Shown here piece by piece: positions 26,639 to 39,229 of a stretch of DNA of 64,000 nt. Both the position numbers and the translations under genes were made by a program. How positions within the stretch are numbered: position 1 is the stretch's first letter; each line of letters opens with the position of its first letter. Source of the stretch: Eledone cirrhosa (Eukaryota); assembly GCA_964016885.1 (NCBI GenBank), contig OZ024740.1, positions 52,638,001 to 52,702,000 on the forward strand, written 5' to 3'. The notes beneath the pieces are model-generated. The model worked only from the letters and a program-made list of their open reading frames with translations. It had not been told where the DNA came from and did not search any database.

Positions 26639-27162
26639 GGGACGGGAACTGATTCTGGCTTGATTTCTACATATATACACATACACACCGCATATATATA
26701 TATACGTAGAAACACACACATACAATAACGACGAGTACTACGATTCTGGAGGAACGAATGATGGAGAAGATGAAGCTCTCTGCCGCAGAATAAATGGTAT
26801 TTAATTTTAATAATAATACTAATATAATTCCCGCTCTATATAACCACCTTTGTTTAGCTCTAGGTTTTTTTTGCTTTGGACTATATTTGTAATATGGTTC
26901 GGGACGGGAACTGATTCTGGCTTGATTTCTACATATATACACATACACACCGCATATATATATATACGTAGAAACACACACATACAATAACGACGAGTAC
27001 TACGATTCTGGAGGAACGAATGATGGAGAAGATGAAGCTCTCTGCCGCAGAATAAATGGTATTTAATTTTAATAATAATACTAATATAATTCCCGCTCTA
27101 TATAACCACCTTTGTTTAGCTCTAGGTTTTTTTTGCTTTGGACTATATTTGTAATATGGTTC
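26639..27162 (+). repeat. 262-bp direct tandem duplication spanning a SINE/Penelope-like junction
   Basis: GACGGGAACTGATTCTGGCTTG...GTAATATGGTTC at 26641 and again at 26903, apparently identical. Confidence 0.85.
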
Positions 27163-27298
27163 TAAATGTTATACACCTCCTTAGTGATTTTTATTATAAA
27201 TTTTTACCCATAATCTTGCAATACTTTAGTGTATGTACACTCCATATTCTTCGGAGTTTTCGGCTTGTATTGGCCGATAGTACTTCTTGTTGTTTTAA

Positions 27299-27340
27299 TT
27301 GCCCTGATGAGTCCTTAATAGGACGAAACATTGTTGGCTA
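27299..27340 (+). ncRNA. Minimal type I hammerhead ribozyme in a Penelope-like 3' end
   Basis: GCC-CTGATGA-GTCCTtaatAGGAC-GAA-ACattGT-T-GGC, followed by AATAAA and then (TA)n. Confidence 0.75.
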
Positions 27341-27573
27341 ATAAAGACTTTTGATGTATTGAAGGCTTCTTTGTTTTATTTTCATAATTCTTCGGCTCTG
27401 TTTAATTACATTGAGCTATACCTTTTACTGTCATTTCTATAATACGAAGAGGGTGTTTAACTCCAACACGCTCCAGTATTTTAATCCTTATATATATATA
27501 TATATATTTCTTAATTGAATTGATTATCATTATCGTTTTTATGGCAAAAGATAGACAGAGAGGGAAAGATTTT

Positions 27574-27612
<39 letters not shown>

Positions 27613-27667
27613 GTGAGGTTTTTTTTACAAAATGAAAAATAACCGAGGTGTCCTACACGAGTGAAAG

Positions 27668-28009
27668 TATAAAGAAAAAGATATCAAATCGAAAATGCAA
27701 CTGGAGTCTTATTTTATAAAAAAATATATATATTTATTTGGTTCCTTTACCGGTTTCGCAGTTCTTCTGCTTTTCAAAAGGTGAGTTGAGATGGAGGGTC
27801 TGTGGTATTTTACCGGTTTCGCAGTTCTTCTGCTTTTCAAAATGGAGGGTCTGTGGTTTTTCTCACATGTGAGAAAAACCACATACCCTCCATCTCAACT
27901 CATCTTTTGAAAAGCAGAAGAACTGTGAAACCGGTAAAGGAACCAAATAAATATATATATATTAAAAAAAAATAAGACCCCAGTTGCATTTTCGATTTGA
28001 TATCTTTTT

Positions 28010-28016
<7 letters not shown>
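27668..28016. repeat. ~350-bp near-perfect palindrome between (TA)n tracts, containing three variant hammerhead motifs
   Basis: Centre GGTTTTTCTCACATGTGAGAAAAACC at 27867/27868. Arms TATAAAGAAAAAGATATCAAATCGAAAATGCAACTGG and CCAGTTGCATTTTCGATTTGATATCTTTTTCTTTATA. Confidence 0.9.
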
Positions 28017-28054
<38 letters not shown>

Positions 28055-28421
28055 AGAAAGAAGAGAAAAAAACGAGACCCTTAGAAACGAATAAGAGTCA
28101 TCAAAACGATCATATGTATTGCTTTAAACTGTAATGCGAAGGGATACACTAGTATTTGAGGTACCATTATTTGGGATTTTAACCCTCGGACTTTTCCCTC
28201 CCGGTTTTAAAATTTAGGGAAAATTTAGGGGTGACTGGGAATATTACATAATGTAGGGATTTTTTTTTCCTTTTCTATCATTTCTTATTTATGTATTTAT
28301 ATATTTATTTATCTACTCTCGTGATTGATATTCCGACAAATGTTATGGGTGTATTTTGATTTTTTAATATGTCAGGTATAGCATCCAAAAATTTCTCCCT
28401 TCCCCCAATATATATATATAT

Positions 28422-29098
28422 ATTGAGCCCTCTGCCACTCATGTCGGATTTTGTTTATCGTAAATTCGTGAGCTGATTTTTCGATACTCGATTATTCTAT
28501 TATATTTAGCTCTAGACATAGCTATTGACCAGTTAATTTTATTGTTCATTTTTGTCGATTCTATTGAATGATGAATAGCTCCTGTTTATTTTAACATGTC
28601 TATCGAGCACTCTTATTCGATATGTGTATTACACATTCTCGATTATCTTTCGCGAATATAGAGGTTATCTCCCTTGCTAGACTCCATGTGCGTTTAGCTA
28701 CAGTTAATTTCTTCATTCGTCGGACAATGGCCCGTTGATAAAGTTATTCCGGTCCCTCTTCTCCCTAGAAGTCTTATATATTTTTATGTGGGCTGATAGG
28801 GGGCGGATTAAGGAATAGCAGAAACCCAAGAAGCTAGATTTACCACCTTTCTACTGGGTCCGGGTAAGCTTTTTACATTCATATGATTTATTGATTTATT
28901 GATATTTTATCTGAGTGACCCGAATCTTCTTGGTCGTAATTTTTCGGCTGCACGGGTGATTTTAGGCATAATCTTTGTGTGTTGGTATCTTAACGATAGT
29001 TATAACTCTGAATTATTGAGCCCACTGCCACTCATGTCGGATTTTGTTTATCGTAAATTCGTGAGCTGATTTTTCGATACTCGATTATTCTATTATAT
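28422..29098. mobile_element. Small non-coding element with ~83-bp direct terminal repeats in a (TA)n tract
   Basis: ATTGAGCCC(T/A)CTGCCACTCATGTCGG...GATTATTCTATTATAT at 28422 and 29015. Confidence 0.65.
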
Positions 29099-30399
29099 AT
29101 ATATATATACAAACACTGTGTCCCAAAAAATGTATTCACACTTCAACAGCAAAGTAATCAAAGTGTGTATATATTTTGGAGGGGACACCGTGTATATATA
29201 TATATATATATGTGTGTGTGTATGTGTAACTAGTAAAACTGTAAAAACGCAGCGGTATATTCTAATTTGGCCCTTTTAAGGACCACCTATATTTTCATTT
29301 AAGTAACTCCACTTACGCGTGGTAGTAATACGGAAATAAACGATGTTTTGCTTTCATCGGCTGCTTCGACTGACAGCTAATAGCGTTGTAGTGCCGGGAG
29401 GGTTAATAAAATCTATAGTTTTCCATTTCTACCTTGTTAAGTCATTAAACAGTCTTATTTTAACTTTAGCTTCACAAGTAAATTTTCTGGGTGTCATTGA
29501 TAATAGGTATTGAATAAAGAAAAAATATCTTGTCCAATTCACTAAATTAATTTTGCATGTTTTATTTGCATTATACACACGGACGAACACTAACATGTAT
29601 ATACACAATGGATCCAGTGAATTGGACGAAATATTTTCATGTTCTTCATTCAAGATCTGTTGTCCAGACTACCCAATTTTCCTCATTGCCAATTACTTCT
29701 TTATATTAACAGGTTATTATTTGGTCAGAAATAACTATTATACTTATTTTGGTAAATTTATAGAACACCCACTTTTATTTAAGTGGGAAAAAAATTCCTG
29801 TTTTTTGGGGTTTTTTCGCGTGCTATCAACTAATCTAACCCCCGGGATGCTCCTCGCAATCTACTTTTTCCCCCTAGGAAAACGGAGGGGGTGGGAGTTT
29901 TCTTTACGAGTGTTATAAACGAATATGATCTCCAAATCAGTCGGAAACGACTAGATTTGTAGAAACAAGTCACAAAGACATGCTAAAAGAGACCCTGAAA
30001 GTATGTAATATAGACCCTCACCAGTGGACCATCCATGCTGCTGGTCGCAATGTTAGGCGCGGCACCATCCGGCTAGCTACAAGTGCATTTGGGGCAAACC
30101 GATGTCATAATTTAATCTAAAATATTCAATTTCACTGTTAACTGTCTGTATGAAGAGGAATGTAAAAGTTGTTTTTGAAATTATTGATAATGTTTCGAAA
30201 TAATGATATTTTGTAAGATAATTTAAAAAAATAAATAACACTTTTTATAAGCATCAGAGTGTCTAAAGATTTTTATTAATGCTTTCAGTTATTGAACTGT
30301 AGCAATGCTGGAGCAACAGCTTTAACAAATCCTTTCAGTCTGCTCCTTATTTTATTGATCTGTATTACATGATAATTTTATTGTTTATAATTCTTACAG

Positions 30400-31540
30400 A
30401 ATGAAAATATAAACACATATAATACAATTAATACTTCATAGTTGCACGAACAACATTACAAAGCGTTTGCAATTTACAGTAGAATAACATAACAAATATG
30501 TTTTAAATATATACATAAAATGCCTCGGTAGCACTACAAAGGATGATATCATGAAAGATATATTCCTTCAATGCTACAATATTAAAGAAAATGTAAAAGA
30601 AGGGGTGAACAACGGAGCCAACACCAGAGCAAAAGACAGCAACGTCGCGAGTACTGGGCAACCTCTCTAATGATTTTTGAGGCAAGCCAGCACACTCGCA
30701 GCGTTGCCTCGGGTGATGGCGAGGCTGATGCGCTGAAACAGCCAAGCACCCTCGCTAGTCACCTCTATTAGGCGAGCCGCCAGTGAGGAAAGGAACCTCG
30801 CAGTCAGCGGCCCGACTCCCCCAAACGTCTCGAAAGCCACAGGCTGAAAAATGTAGCTGGCCAACAGAGCAGAGTATTTGAGGGTCTTACTCCGCTCGGC
30901 TGCAGAAGCTGTGGCTCTCGTCCTAACCGCAGCATCCAGGATGTGGGAAAGAGCAAAGGAGTCACTAACAGTGACATCCCAGACAAGGCACCTGCCTCTC
31001 GACCAGGGGCACAGGTATTTTGCCGTCACTTCTGGACAACCCAGTTGGTTCCAAGACTGAGGGGATATTCGCCCGGGCCAAAGCTCTCTTCAGAATGATG
31101 CGCGAAGCGGCCGGCATTCAGGCGACAAGAAAGACCGTGGAGGCCTGTAGAGTCGAGGAGTTTGCCGCATCGGCACCTCAAACCCATGCAGACGTCGGCT
31201 CCCACTCTGAGGGCGATGGAGACACGAAGTTCGTCCAGGCTGAGTAGGCCACCAACGTTGGCCACGGGTAGGGCATCGACCCAGTCGCCTGAGTATTTGG
31301 CGCTGGCAGATAGTAAGCGGCACCTTGCAAACTGATCTGACTGGACGAAGAGGGAGTCGAAGGAGGCCTTCGAACTTATGCTGTCCCAAGCTCTCTGACT
31401 TCGACTGTCCTCCACCTTCTCAGGAAGAGACAAGCCCAGCTCACTCCATTGCTGGAGAGCTTCACCCAACTCCCTGTTGAAACTAGTCCATGTTGGAGAG
31501 GAGAGGATGCTGCTCACCAGGGTGGAGGAAAGGAAGCAGG
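30400..31540 (-). mobile_element. CRE-clade-like non-LTR retrotransposon 3' portion (zinc knuckle and restriction-like endonuclease); fragments also at 40790-41010 and 46880-47410
   Basis: SGDWVDALP, ELRVSIALRVG, CRCG....GLHGLSC, CLVWDVTVSD, AAERSKTLKY, FQPVAFETFG and FQRISLAITRGNAASVL. Confidence 0.85.
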
Positions 31541-32069
31541 GGAGAGATGTTTACCAACTATGATTTTGGCTCAGTAAACTGATACTGGCATAGATAAACA
31601 CACATATGTGAAATGTTTACTTTTTTTTTTATAACTATACATGTTTAGCTTTGCAATGAAAAGTAGACAAAGTCGTCACGACCAGGCTTTGTATTTTGTG
31701 AGGGCAGGAAAGTGGGATTGGTCTAACTATAATTTTCTGTCTTTTAAGACCTTTGCCCAGTACTCCTTACGACGTTGCTCTCCTTTTCTCGGTTGTTCAC
31801 CCCTTCCTTTACATTTTCTTTAATATTGTAACATTAAAAGAATATATCTTTCTGAATGAATCGCGAGCTATTTATAATGTTATCGAAGCATTTGTAATGT
31901 TATTTATGTATATATTTAAAACATATTTGTTATGTTATTCTACTGTAAATTTATTTATATGCTTTGTTTATATTTTCATTCTGAAAGAATTGCAAACGAT
32001 TTGTAATATTAAAATTTGCAACGTTATTCTACTGTAAATTTATACAACGATAAGAGTTATGTTAAGTTT

Positions 32070-34008
32070 TATAGCGGGATACTGGGTTGTATGAATGTAA
32101 CAAGGAGACATGGTTTGTGTGTATAATATTTAATCAACAATTTAACAGTGTAGTTGACATGTCAATAAACGAAAGAATGAAGCAAAGTTAGTAGTTACCG
32201 TTTTGATTGCCAGGCAAACGCGACTGGCAGAAGACGCCTGGCGAAGGCCAGGCGCCGGAAGGGCAAATGAGAGAGTGAGAATTTAAAGTTGTTAATTTTA
32301 TAGGGTTCTGACCGGAAATTACAGAAAGGGTTCTACTTCCCGTCTAGATGTTAATCTATTGGGGTTGTGAGTCACAACAAGGGAGGCAACTGCCACATAA
32401 CCTCCCGCCAGAATTTTAGAATATAAAAATCGAATGAAATATGTAGCAAGTTGGCGAGAATGTTGTAACAGACATGAAAATTACGACAAAAGAATGTTTG
32501 CAAAAATCAATGATAGATGTCAAGGTAGCCAACCGCTCTTGGCCAGAGAACGACTGGACATCTATCTATCCATCACCCAATGATACAATGTAATAAAGTA
32601 AGAAAAGAGCTCAAAGTTCAAATGTACAAAATATAGTTCACAGGTGTGCAATCACATGACAGCAGGAAAGAAGTGTGTTCCAGAGAATGAATGCAGGTGG
32701 TTTCTGTTCTATGGTATTTCGTGCAATTTCCAACCTCCGAATGGATTTTCTCACAGGAAGAGTGCTGCAAAAATAAATTCTCTGGCTTGTTCTGCTGGTT
32801 TTGGTTGTTGGTGAAGCTGTGTTGCTGTTGATGTTGTCTCGCGGAGTGAGCGTATTCGGTGTTTAAATTCACAGTAAAAAAAAATTTTTTCGGAAAAAAT
32901 GAGTTGCGCAAAGTGTTAGAAATAACAGCCGAAGTTGATGGTCGATGTTGAGAATGCGTTGACCTGGAATGGTCAAGAGGCCAGCGACCAAAGAAATAAG
33001 CATTCTGAATAAATGCGCAGTTTTCAACGGCAAATTTAGGTGGTAAATTTTTAAACCGGCAAATAGGAGAATATAGCTTAAGGCTGAAGAATCCTTGGCG
33101 AGAAACGTTATCTCTGGCATGCGGCTATCTCTGTGAGTCTAGAATTTGTGCTGCCTACACGTGCCAATACACGGTTAAGTTAGGTTGAAAAAATAATATT
33201 TCTAACGCGCGAGAAAATGATAGTGCAAGTGTGAAAGTGACAATGATGAAAAAGAAAGGCTTCACTCAGCATTATTATTGGTGTGAACTTTTGAAAAAAA
33301 CTTGAACGATGAAGAAAACGATGAAAAAAAAAAAAGGCAATGGTTCATCGAAAATAAATGTTCCTGTTGAAATGTTTTTAAAAAAATATCAAATTTCTTT
33401 TTTTTTTGTTGTTTTGAAAATGTTCGTTGTTAGAAACGAGAAACATATATATATATCGTGAAATGCGACAGTTAGTTGATGCGTGAGAGAAAAAGTCTGT
33501 CTGAACGCGAATTTCACATGTGCGTGTGTCCGTTTCTTTGACTGAGTATTTTCATAGTTTGTCAATAAATTTGCTGTGTATTCGTAATGTTACTCACACA
33601 ACACCAGATTCCGCTATTTTTTTCTTTTTTCGGGGTGACCACTTATAACAATGAACGGCTGCGTGTTCGTATCACGTCAGGGTCACCAATATAGCGAAGA
33701 ACTAGCGGTGTATTAATGTAACAAGGAGACATGGTTTGTGTGTATAATATTTAATCAACAATTTAACAGTATAGTTGACATGTCAATGAATAAACGAAAG
33801 AATGAAGCAAAGTTAGTAGTTACCGTTTTGATTGCCAGGCAAACGCGGCTGGCAGAAGACGCCTGGCGAAGGCCAGGCGCCGGAAGGGCAAATGAGAGAG
33901 TGAGAATTTAAAGTTGTTAGTTTTATAGGGTTCTGACCGGAAATTACAGAAAGGGTTCTACTTCCCGTCTAGATGTTGTGAGTCACAACAAGGGAGGCAA
34001 CTGCCACA
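32070..34008 (-). mobile_element. Internally deleted LTR retrotransposon (Gypsy-like); LTRs 32070-32397 and 33690-34008
   Basis: Direct repeats of ~320 bp reading TGTGGCAG...CGCTATA on the minus strand. 4-bp TSD GTTT on both sides. PBS TGGTGACCCTGACGTGAT (tRNA-Trp) 1 nt from the 5' LTR. Purine tract GGCGGGAGG before the 3' LTR. The 1.3-kb interior has no long ORF. Confidence 0.88.
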
Positions 34009-34669
34009 GTTTCAATAATATTTCTAGTCTTAATAAAATGAATATTAAAACTTTAATTATATTATAATTATCTACATTATGATGTTTATATTATTAAGAA
34101 TATCCATCTCATGTCAACTGAGAGATTAATAGCTTATAACTATTTGTAGTGTATACAACTTTGGAAACTAACTAATGATTACGTGTGAAGAAATGCATCA
34201 GATCTGTATATGCTTGATACACCTGGGAATGTCACCCGTTCTCTGTTACCAGCTATCACTCTATCAACCATTTTACAAAGCATTTTATCTAGATTTTACA
34301 ACTGTAATTAGGAGGCTTATGAAGTGCAGACAAATACAATGAATAAAAGCCAGAATAAGAGATGTAAAATTTGAATGCAATTCGTGTGAAATATCCTTTT
34401 TAATATATTGAATCATATGACAGCATAGACATTTACACTCACTTCATTCACCCATACCTTTCTGCAACAAAGTTTACTGCTAACATGATTTAATATATCC
34501 CCCATTCTTAATGTAGTCACTGTAACGTAGTAGTAAGCCAAGTTCAGGATCAGAATTTCATCCTCCATCAAAACAATTTTCATTCTTGCACTCTTAGAAG
34601 ATGCATAAAAGACACAACCTTTCATTTCTCCTCAATGTAGTGATTCATGACAGTTATTTTTTTTTGTAG

Positions 34670-34956
34670 GTACCCATATTGTGTCTGATATATGGGCAGA
34701 ATATCTTCAGATTGACCAAATCGAACAAGGTATATATACTCATGAATATATAGATTATGATGATATAGAAGAAACACAAATACACACCAGAAATATAAAC
34801 AGAATGTGGTTGAAACTAAAAGAGGATTTTCAGCAAAAGCGAAAAACATTCTTATCTCAGTCTTTATTAACAGAAATTATGTGGAGATCTCACTTTCAGA
34901 AAACTGATAAATTTGCTGCTCTAATGTATTGTATCAAACACTTATATAAAGTTTAA
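34670..34956 (+). CDS. Merlin-derived gene copy B, last exon (open frame)
   Basis: Acceptor TTTTTGTAG|GTACCC. Uninterrupted frame almost identical to copy D exon 2 (HTRNINRMW). AATAAA at the stop. Confidence 0.7.
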
Positions 34957-36036
34957 TAAAATCATTTTATTATTTTTATTTTTACTTGTTCCTATCTGTA
35001 ATTAACTGTTAAGCTTAAACCTACAATACAGAACCATTTATTTTGGTAGGAATACTGTTGCTATTTATATGAGTTAAGTCTCTAACTGTTAGTGGCATAT
35101 GTATCTCCTGGTCTCTGTGGATTGAACTTTTCCAGTTAGCTTGTGCTTTACTCTAACAACTTGGATGTACATCAAGGCTCAGTTATCTCCCCTACACTGT
35201 GTTAGTTTCCTCCTAATTTTACTTCTCAGAGGTCATCAACCTTTTTATATTCTACCCTTAACCTTTCTACCTAGGCCTGACAAACTCATATTCCATGATC
35301 AGGATATTGCACTAATAACATGATATCCTGGTTATGTTTAACAATGCCAAATTACTGATGTCATGAATATCAACAAATTCAGCATAACCTAAACCATCAC
35401 ATTCTCTTCAATTTCCATGAAGTAGTTTTTAATGTCTACTGCATATTTTTCACTTAGTTAAGATATCTTCCCTATAGTTGATTTACATTTTCTAAGTTAG
35501 ACAACATATCCATAAAAAAAGATATGTTTGTTGTTTGGTTCTTTCGCGCTCACTCACGCAAGTGGTACAAACAAACATACAGCTGTGACGAATCTTAGAA
35601 CGCTGGACCCTTATAGTTTCTCAACCCCCTCCTTTCTCAGTCATTACATAGATGTGTGTGTATGTAATAATTATCTTTTCTCAGTGTGTATGTTTATATA
35701 TATGTATGTGTAGATGCGTGTGTGTTTGTAATTCTATTGTCTATATTATCTTTCTAAATAAACACATACAAACTCACACAAATATTATATATTATTTACA
35801 CAAACTCACATAATCATAACAGCCAATGTGTATAACCAATTCGCTATACATAGACACATAGGTGTAACGAATATTAGACGCTGCCACCCCTCCTTCCTCA
35901 GTCCACATTAGCACCCCTTCCTTCCTCGGTCGACGTTATTACCCCTTCTTTCCTCAGTCATCTCTAGTGTGTGACGGACAAATACACAAGTGTATTATAT
36001 ATTAGTAGATATATATGTGCATTCTTTTAGATTCTC

Positions 36037-38549
36037 ATGTCACGCGTAAGACGACCAAGTAACAAAACGATATACACTGATATCGTTGTTGACGAAAAAG
36101 TTATTCAAGAGTCTTGGACATTCTATCATCTCTTTCAACAAACTTCCACAAATGATGAAACAATTACATGGTTAGCGAAATATAAGCTCATAATTCTGTT
36201 ATGTGTATCGTTTGTGGGAACCCATGCTCATTCATTCGGTACAGGCATGATTAAGATAGAAAACGATGGAGATGTCCAAAGCATAACTTTGTTCGATCTG
36301 TCTGTAAGGGATCAGTTTTTGTGAATAGTAACCTCTCGCTAACAACCTTCATATGGCTTATGTATATGTGGTCAAGAGAACATATACATTCTGAGATAGC
36401 CCATGAGATAAACATGAATAAGAGTTCAATTATTGTTTTGTTTCAACTGATTCAAGAAGAAATAAGCTGTGTAGCTGGTCCTGGCAAAATAGACATGCTT
36501 TTTAAGCTTATTTTACCGGTAAACCCTAATGGGATACAACTCTAGCCGGGGGTCCCGGAAGCTCATTTTAATGCTAAATAATAAATAGTGTTTTAGATCC
36601 CAGGTAGTGACAACTATCTTTAACCCAGGTCGTGACTTTTAGGCTAAAATTCTTAATTTCAAAAATATATGACCTTCTACTAAAATTCTTAATTTCAAAA
36701 AAAATTTGATACTGCTAAAATTCTTAAGCCATGGAACTCAGTAGATGTGTGTGTATGTAACTAAAGCATAACATATGTTACAAATGGACAAAACACAGGC
36801 AGAATTATAATAAGATGATGACTAAATGATTTTAACTTGGTAAGGCAAGCCGCCAATGATGACAAGATCTTTGTTGTTAGCCGCCCAACTACTCAAATGC
36901 CACAGGCTGGAAAAAATAAGTTGCTGATAATTCCCAGTATTTTAGAATTTTATTGGAAGAGGCTATGTAGCCAGTAAGAGTGTCAGACACCATGAGTTGC
37001 AGTCCAAGTTAAGACAATTTGAAATCTTTTTCCCCCATCAACTGTTAAAAAACAAGTTAAAATTATTTAGTCGTTCATGTTATGCTTTAGTTACATACAC
37101 GCACACATCTACACGTAAATACATAAACAGATACAGACAGCAGAAGGAAAGGGCTGGTGAAACACTATAGTGATGTGTGTTGCGTCCCTTTAGGGTTTAC
37201 TGGCTACATAGCCTATTCAAATTTTATTGTCTTCGGCTTTGGAAGCCGTGATCCTCACATTTTACAACAGCATCCAAGATTTCTGAAGGAGTAAAAGAGT
37301 CATTGAACTAAGTGCTTTTTGTCGTGGCACCAAACGACCACTTTACAGTGTGAGTTGGCGTGGGGAAGGTGCATCTAGGGTTGAGGGCACTTATCAGGTG
37401 AGGGTGGGGTGTTAGGGCGTGGGTGAAGGGTGAGGAAGGTAGGGGAAAGTAGAGCATACTTAATGTATGTTTCAACCTGTGCATATGGGAAGGCGTGTCT
37501 TCTGTATTACTGCATAATGCCAGAAATCTCAATCCTATGCCATTGTCTTTGAGAGGTGCAATTGTGCAAGGTCAGCCTTTATCACCTCGTCCCTATATAT
37601 AATATGTGTGTGAGGGAGATTAAGAAACATTAAAATGAGGATCTATTGAACTTAGTTTTAATTTTATTATAAATATTAATTGATTATGATCTGTTTGATT
37701 TGAATGTGAGATGAACGTGTGGTCAGACAATAAAGACTTCAGCTAATGTGTACTGGAGGGGCAATTGTGCTGTGAAAGACATTCTTATGAAAATGAATGA
37801 CATTTGCTTGGTAAAAAAATACTATTTGCTGATAGTGGAAGGCACCATTGGCAAAAGAAATCTGAGAAAGAAATAATATCTAAATGGAGGTAAGCCTAAC
37901 AACATTAGTTGGGTTGTATGAGTGAAAAATAAAAAAATAAAATTTGTTCATGAAAGATGCTCTAGCACACAACTATACTTGAGGGGCTTATGAAGTGAAG
38001 ATAAACATTGACTGAAAGCCAGAATGAGAGAGATGGCTAAAGTTGAATCCAGTTGCTATTTTAGAATATTGAATCATTTAACATTTACACTCACATTTAG
38101 TCATACCTTTCTGCAACAAAGACTACTGCTAACATGGTTTAATATTTTCTCCCATTCTTTATGTAGTCACTATAATGTAGTGTTAAGCCAAGTTCAAGAT
38201 CAGGATTTCATTCTCCATAGAAACAATTTTCATTCTTGTGCTCTTGGAAAAAACATGTCACATTTATGACAGTTATTTTATTTTATTATATTTTTGTAGG
38301 TACCCATATTGTGTCTGACATATGGGCTGAATATCTTCAGACTGACCAAATCGAACAAGGCATGTATACTCAGGAATATATAGATTATGATTATCCAGAA
38401 ATATAGATAAAATGAGGTTGAGACTAAAACACTCTATTAGAAGAAAATATGGGAAACTCTTCTTTCAATCTTTTTTTAACAGAATTTGTGGAGATCGCAA
38501 TTTAAAAATAATGATAATTTATTGTATCAAACATTTGTATAAAGTTTAA
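36037..38549 (+). pseudogene. Merlin-derived gene copy C: frameshifted, truncated exon 1 (36037-~36460) and internally deleted exon 2 (38300-38549)
   Basis: Exon 1 reads MSRVRRPSNKTIYTDIV...WLAKYKL, frameshifts, then FIWLMYMWSREHIHSEIAHE. Exon 2 begins TTTTTGTAG|GTACCCATATTGTGTCTGAC and has deletions after DYDYP. Confidence 0.85.
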
Positions 38550-39229
38550 TAAAGTTATTGTATTTTTATTTGCAATTTTTTGTATTCATTATTAGCTGTT
38601 AAGCTGAAACAACACCATATTGAACCATGTTTATTGGTTGAAATATTGTTGTTCTTTACATGAATATCAATGGTTGAATGAATTGAAATTTTTCTGATAG
38701 TTTGTTCTTCACTTAATGTACAATTATCTCCCTCATGTTTTGAGAGTACAAAATGAATCACTTTAAATACAAAGGTTGAATACCGTAATTTACCATCTTC
38801 AATGAGACCAGTTCTCCACAGTAAGAGATGCTCCTGGGTATTTTAATTAAAGTGAAGAAGAATCAAACAAAGCTGGAATGTCAAGGTCCAAAACAATTTT
38901 GAAACTAGGTGGCCTTTTTATGTCTTACCAAACAATAGAGTGCAATATGTCACTAAAGGATCATTTCTTGGATTGACATTTGGACGTTGCTAAGCCATGG
39001 ACACTGTGAACATTTTTATCAGGATATCTTTACTGTAGAAAAGCAATCCCAAGGCAACTAGAGCTCTGTTTAATGATTTCTGGTGGATTCTTAAGAGAGA
39101 TGTTTAATGCAAAATACAAAAGAAGATCTATCCAAACTATATTTTAAATTTTAGATGTCTTTTCAATCATGTTTTAATAAATGAGAAAACAAAAACCTTG
39201 TCTTATAGAGATTTCTGAGGATGGCCAAT

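Noticed and set aside
28905-28945. CTGAGTGACC...GGTCGTAA as a hammerhead
   Set aside because: Both core strands deviate and stems I and III are unsupported.
33637-33688. tRNA-Trp gene
   Set aside because: Only the 3' half with an encoded CCA is present, abutting an LTR; it is a primer-binding site.
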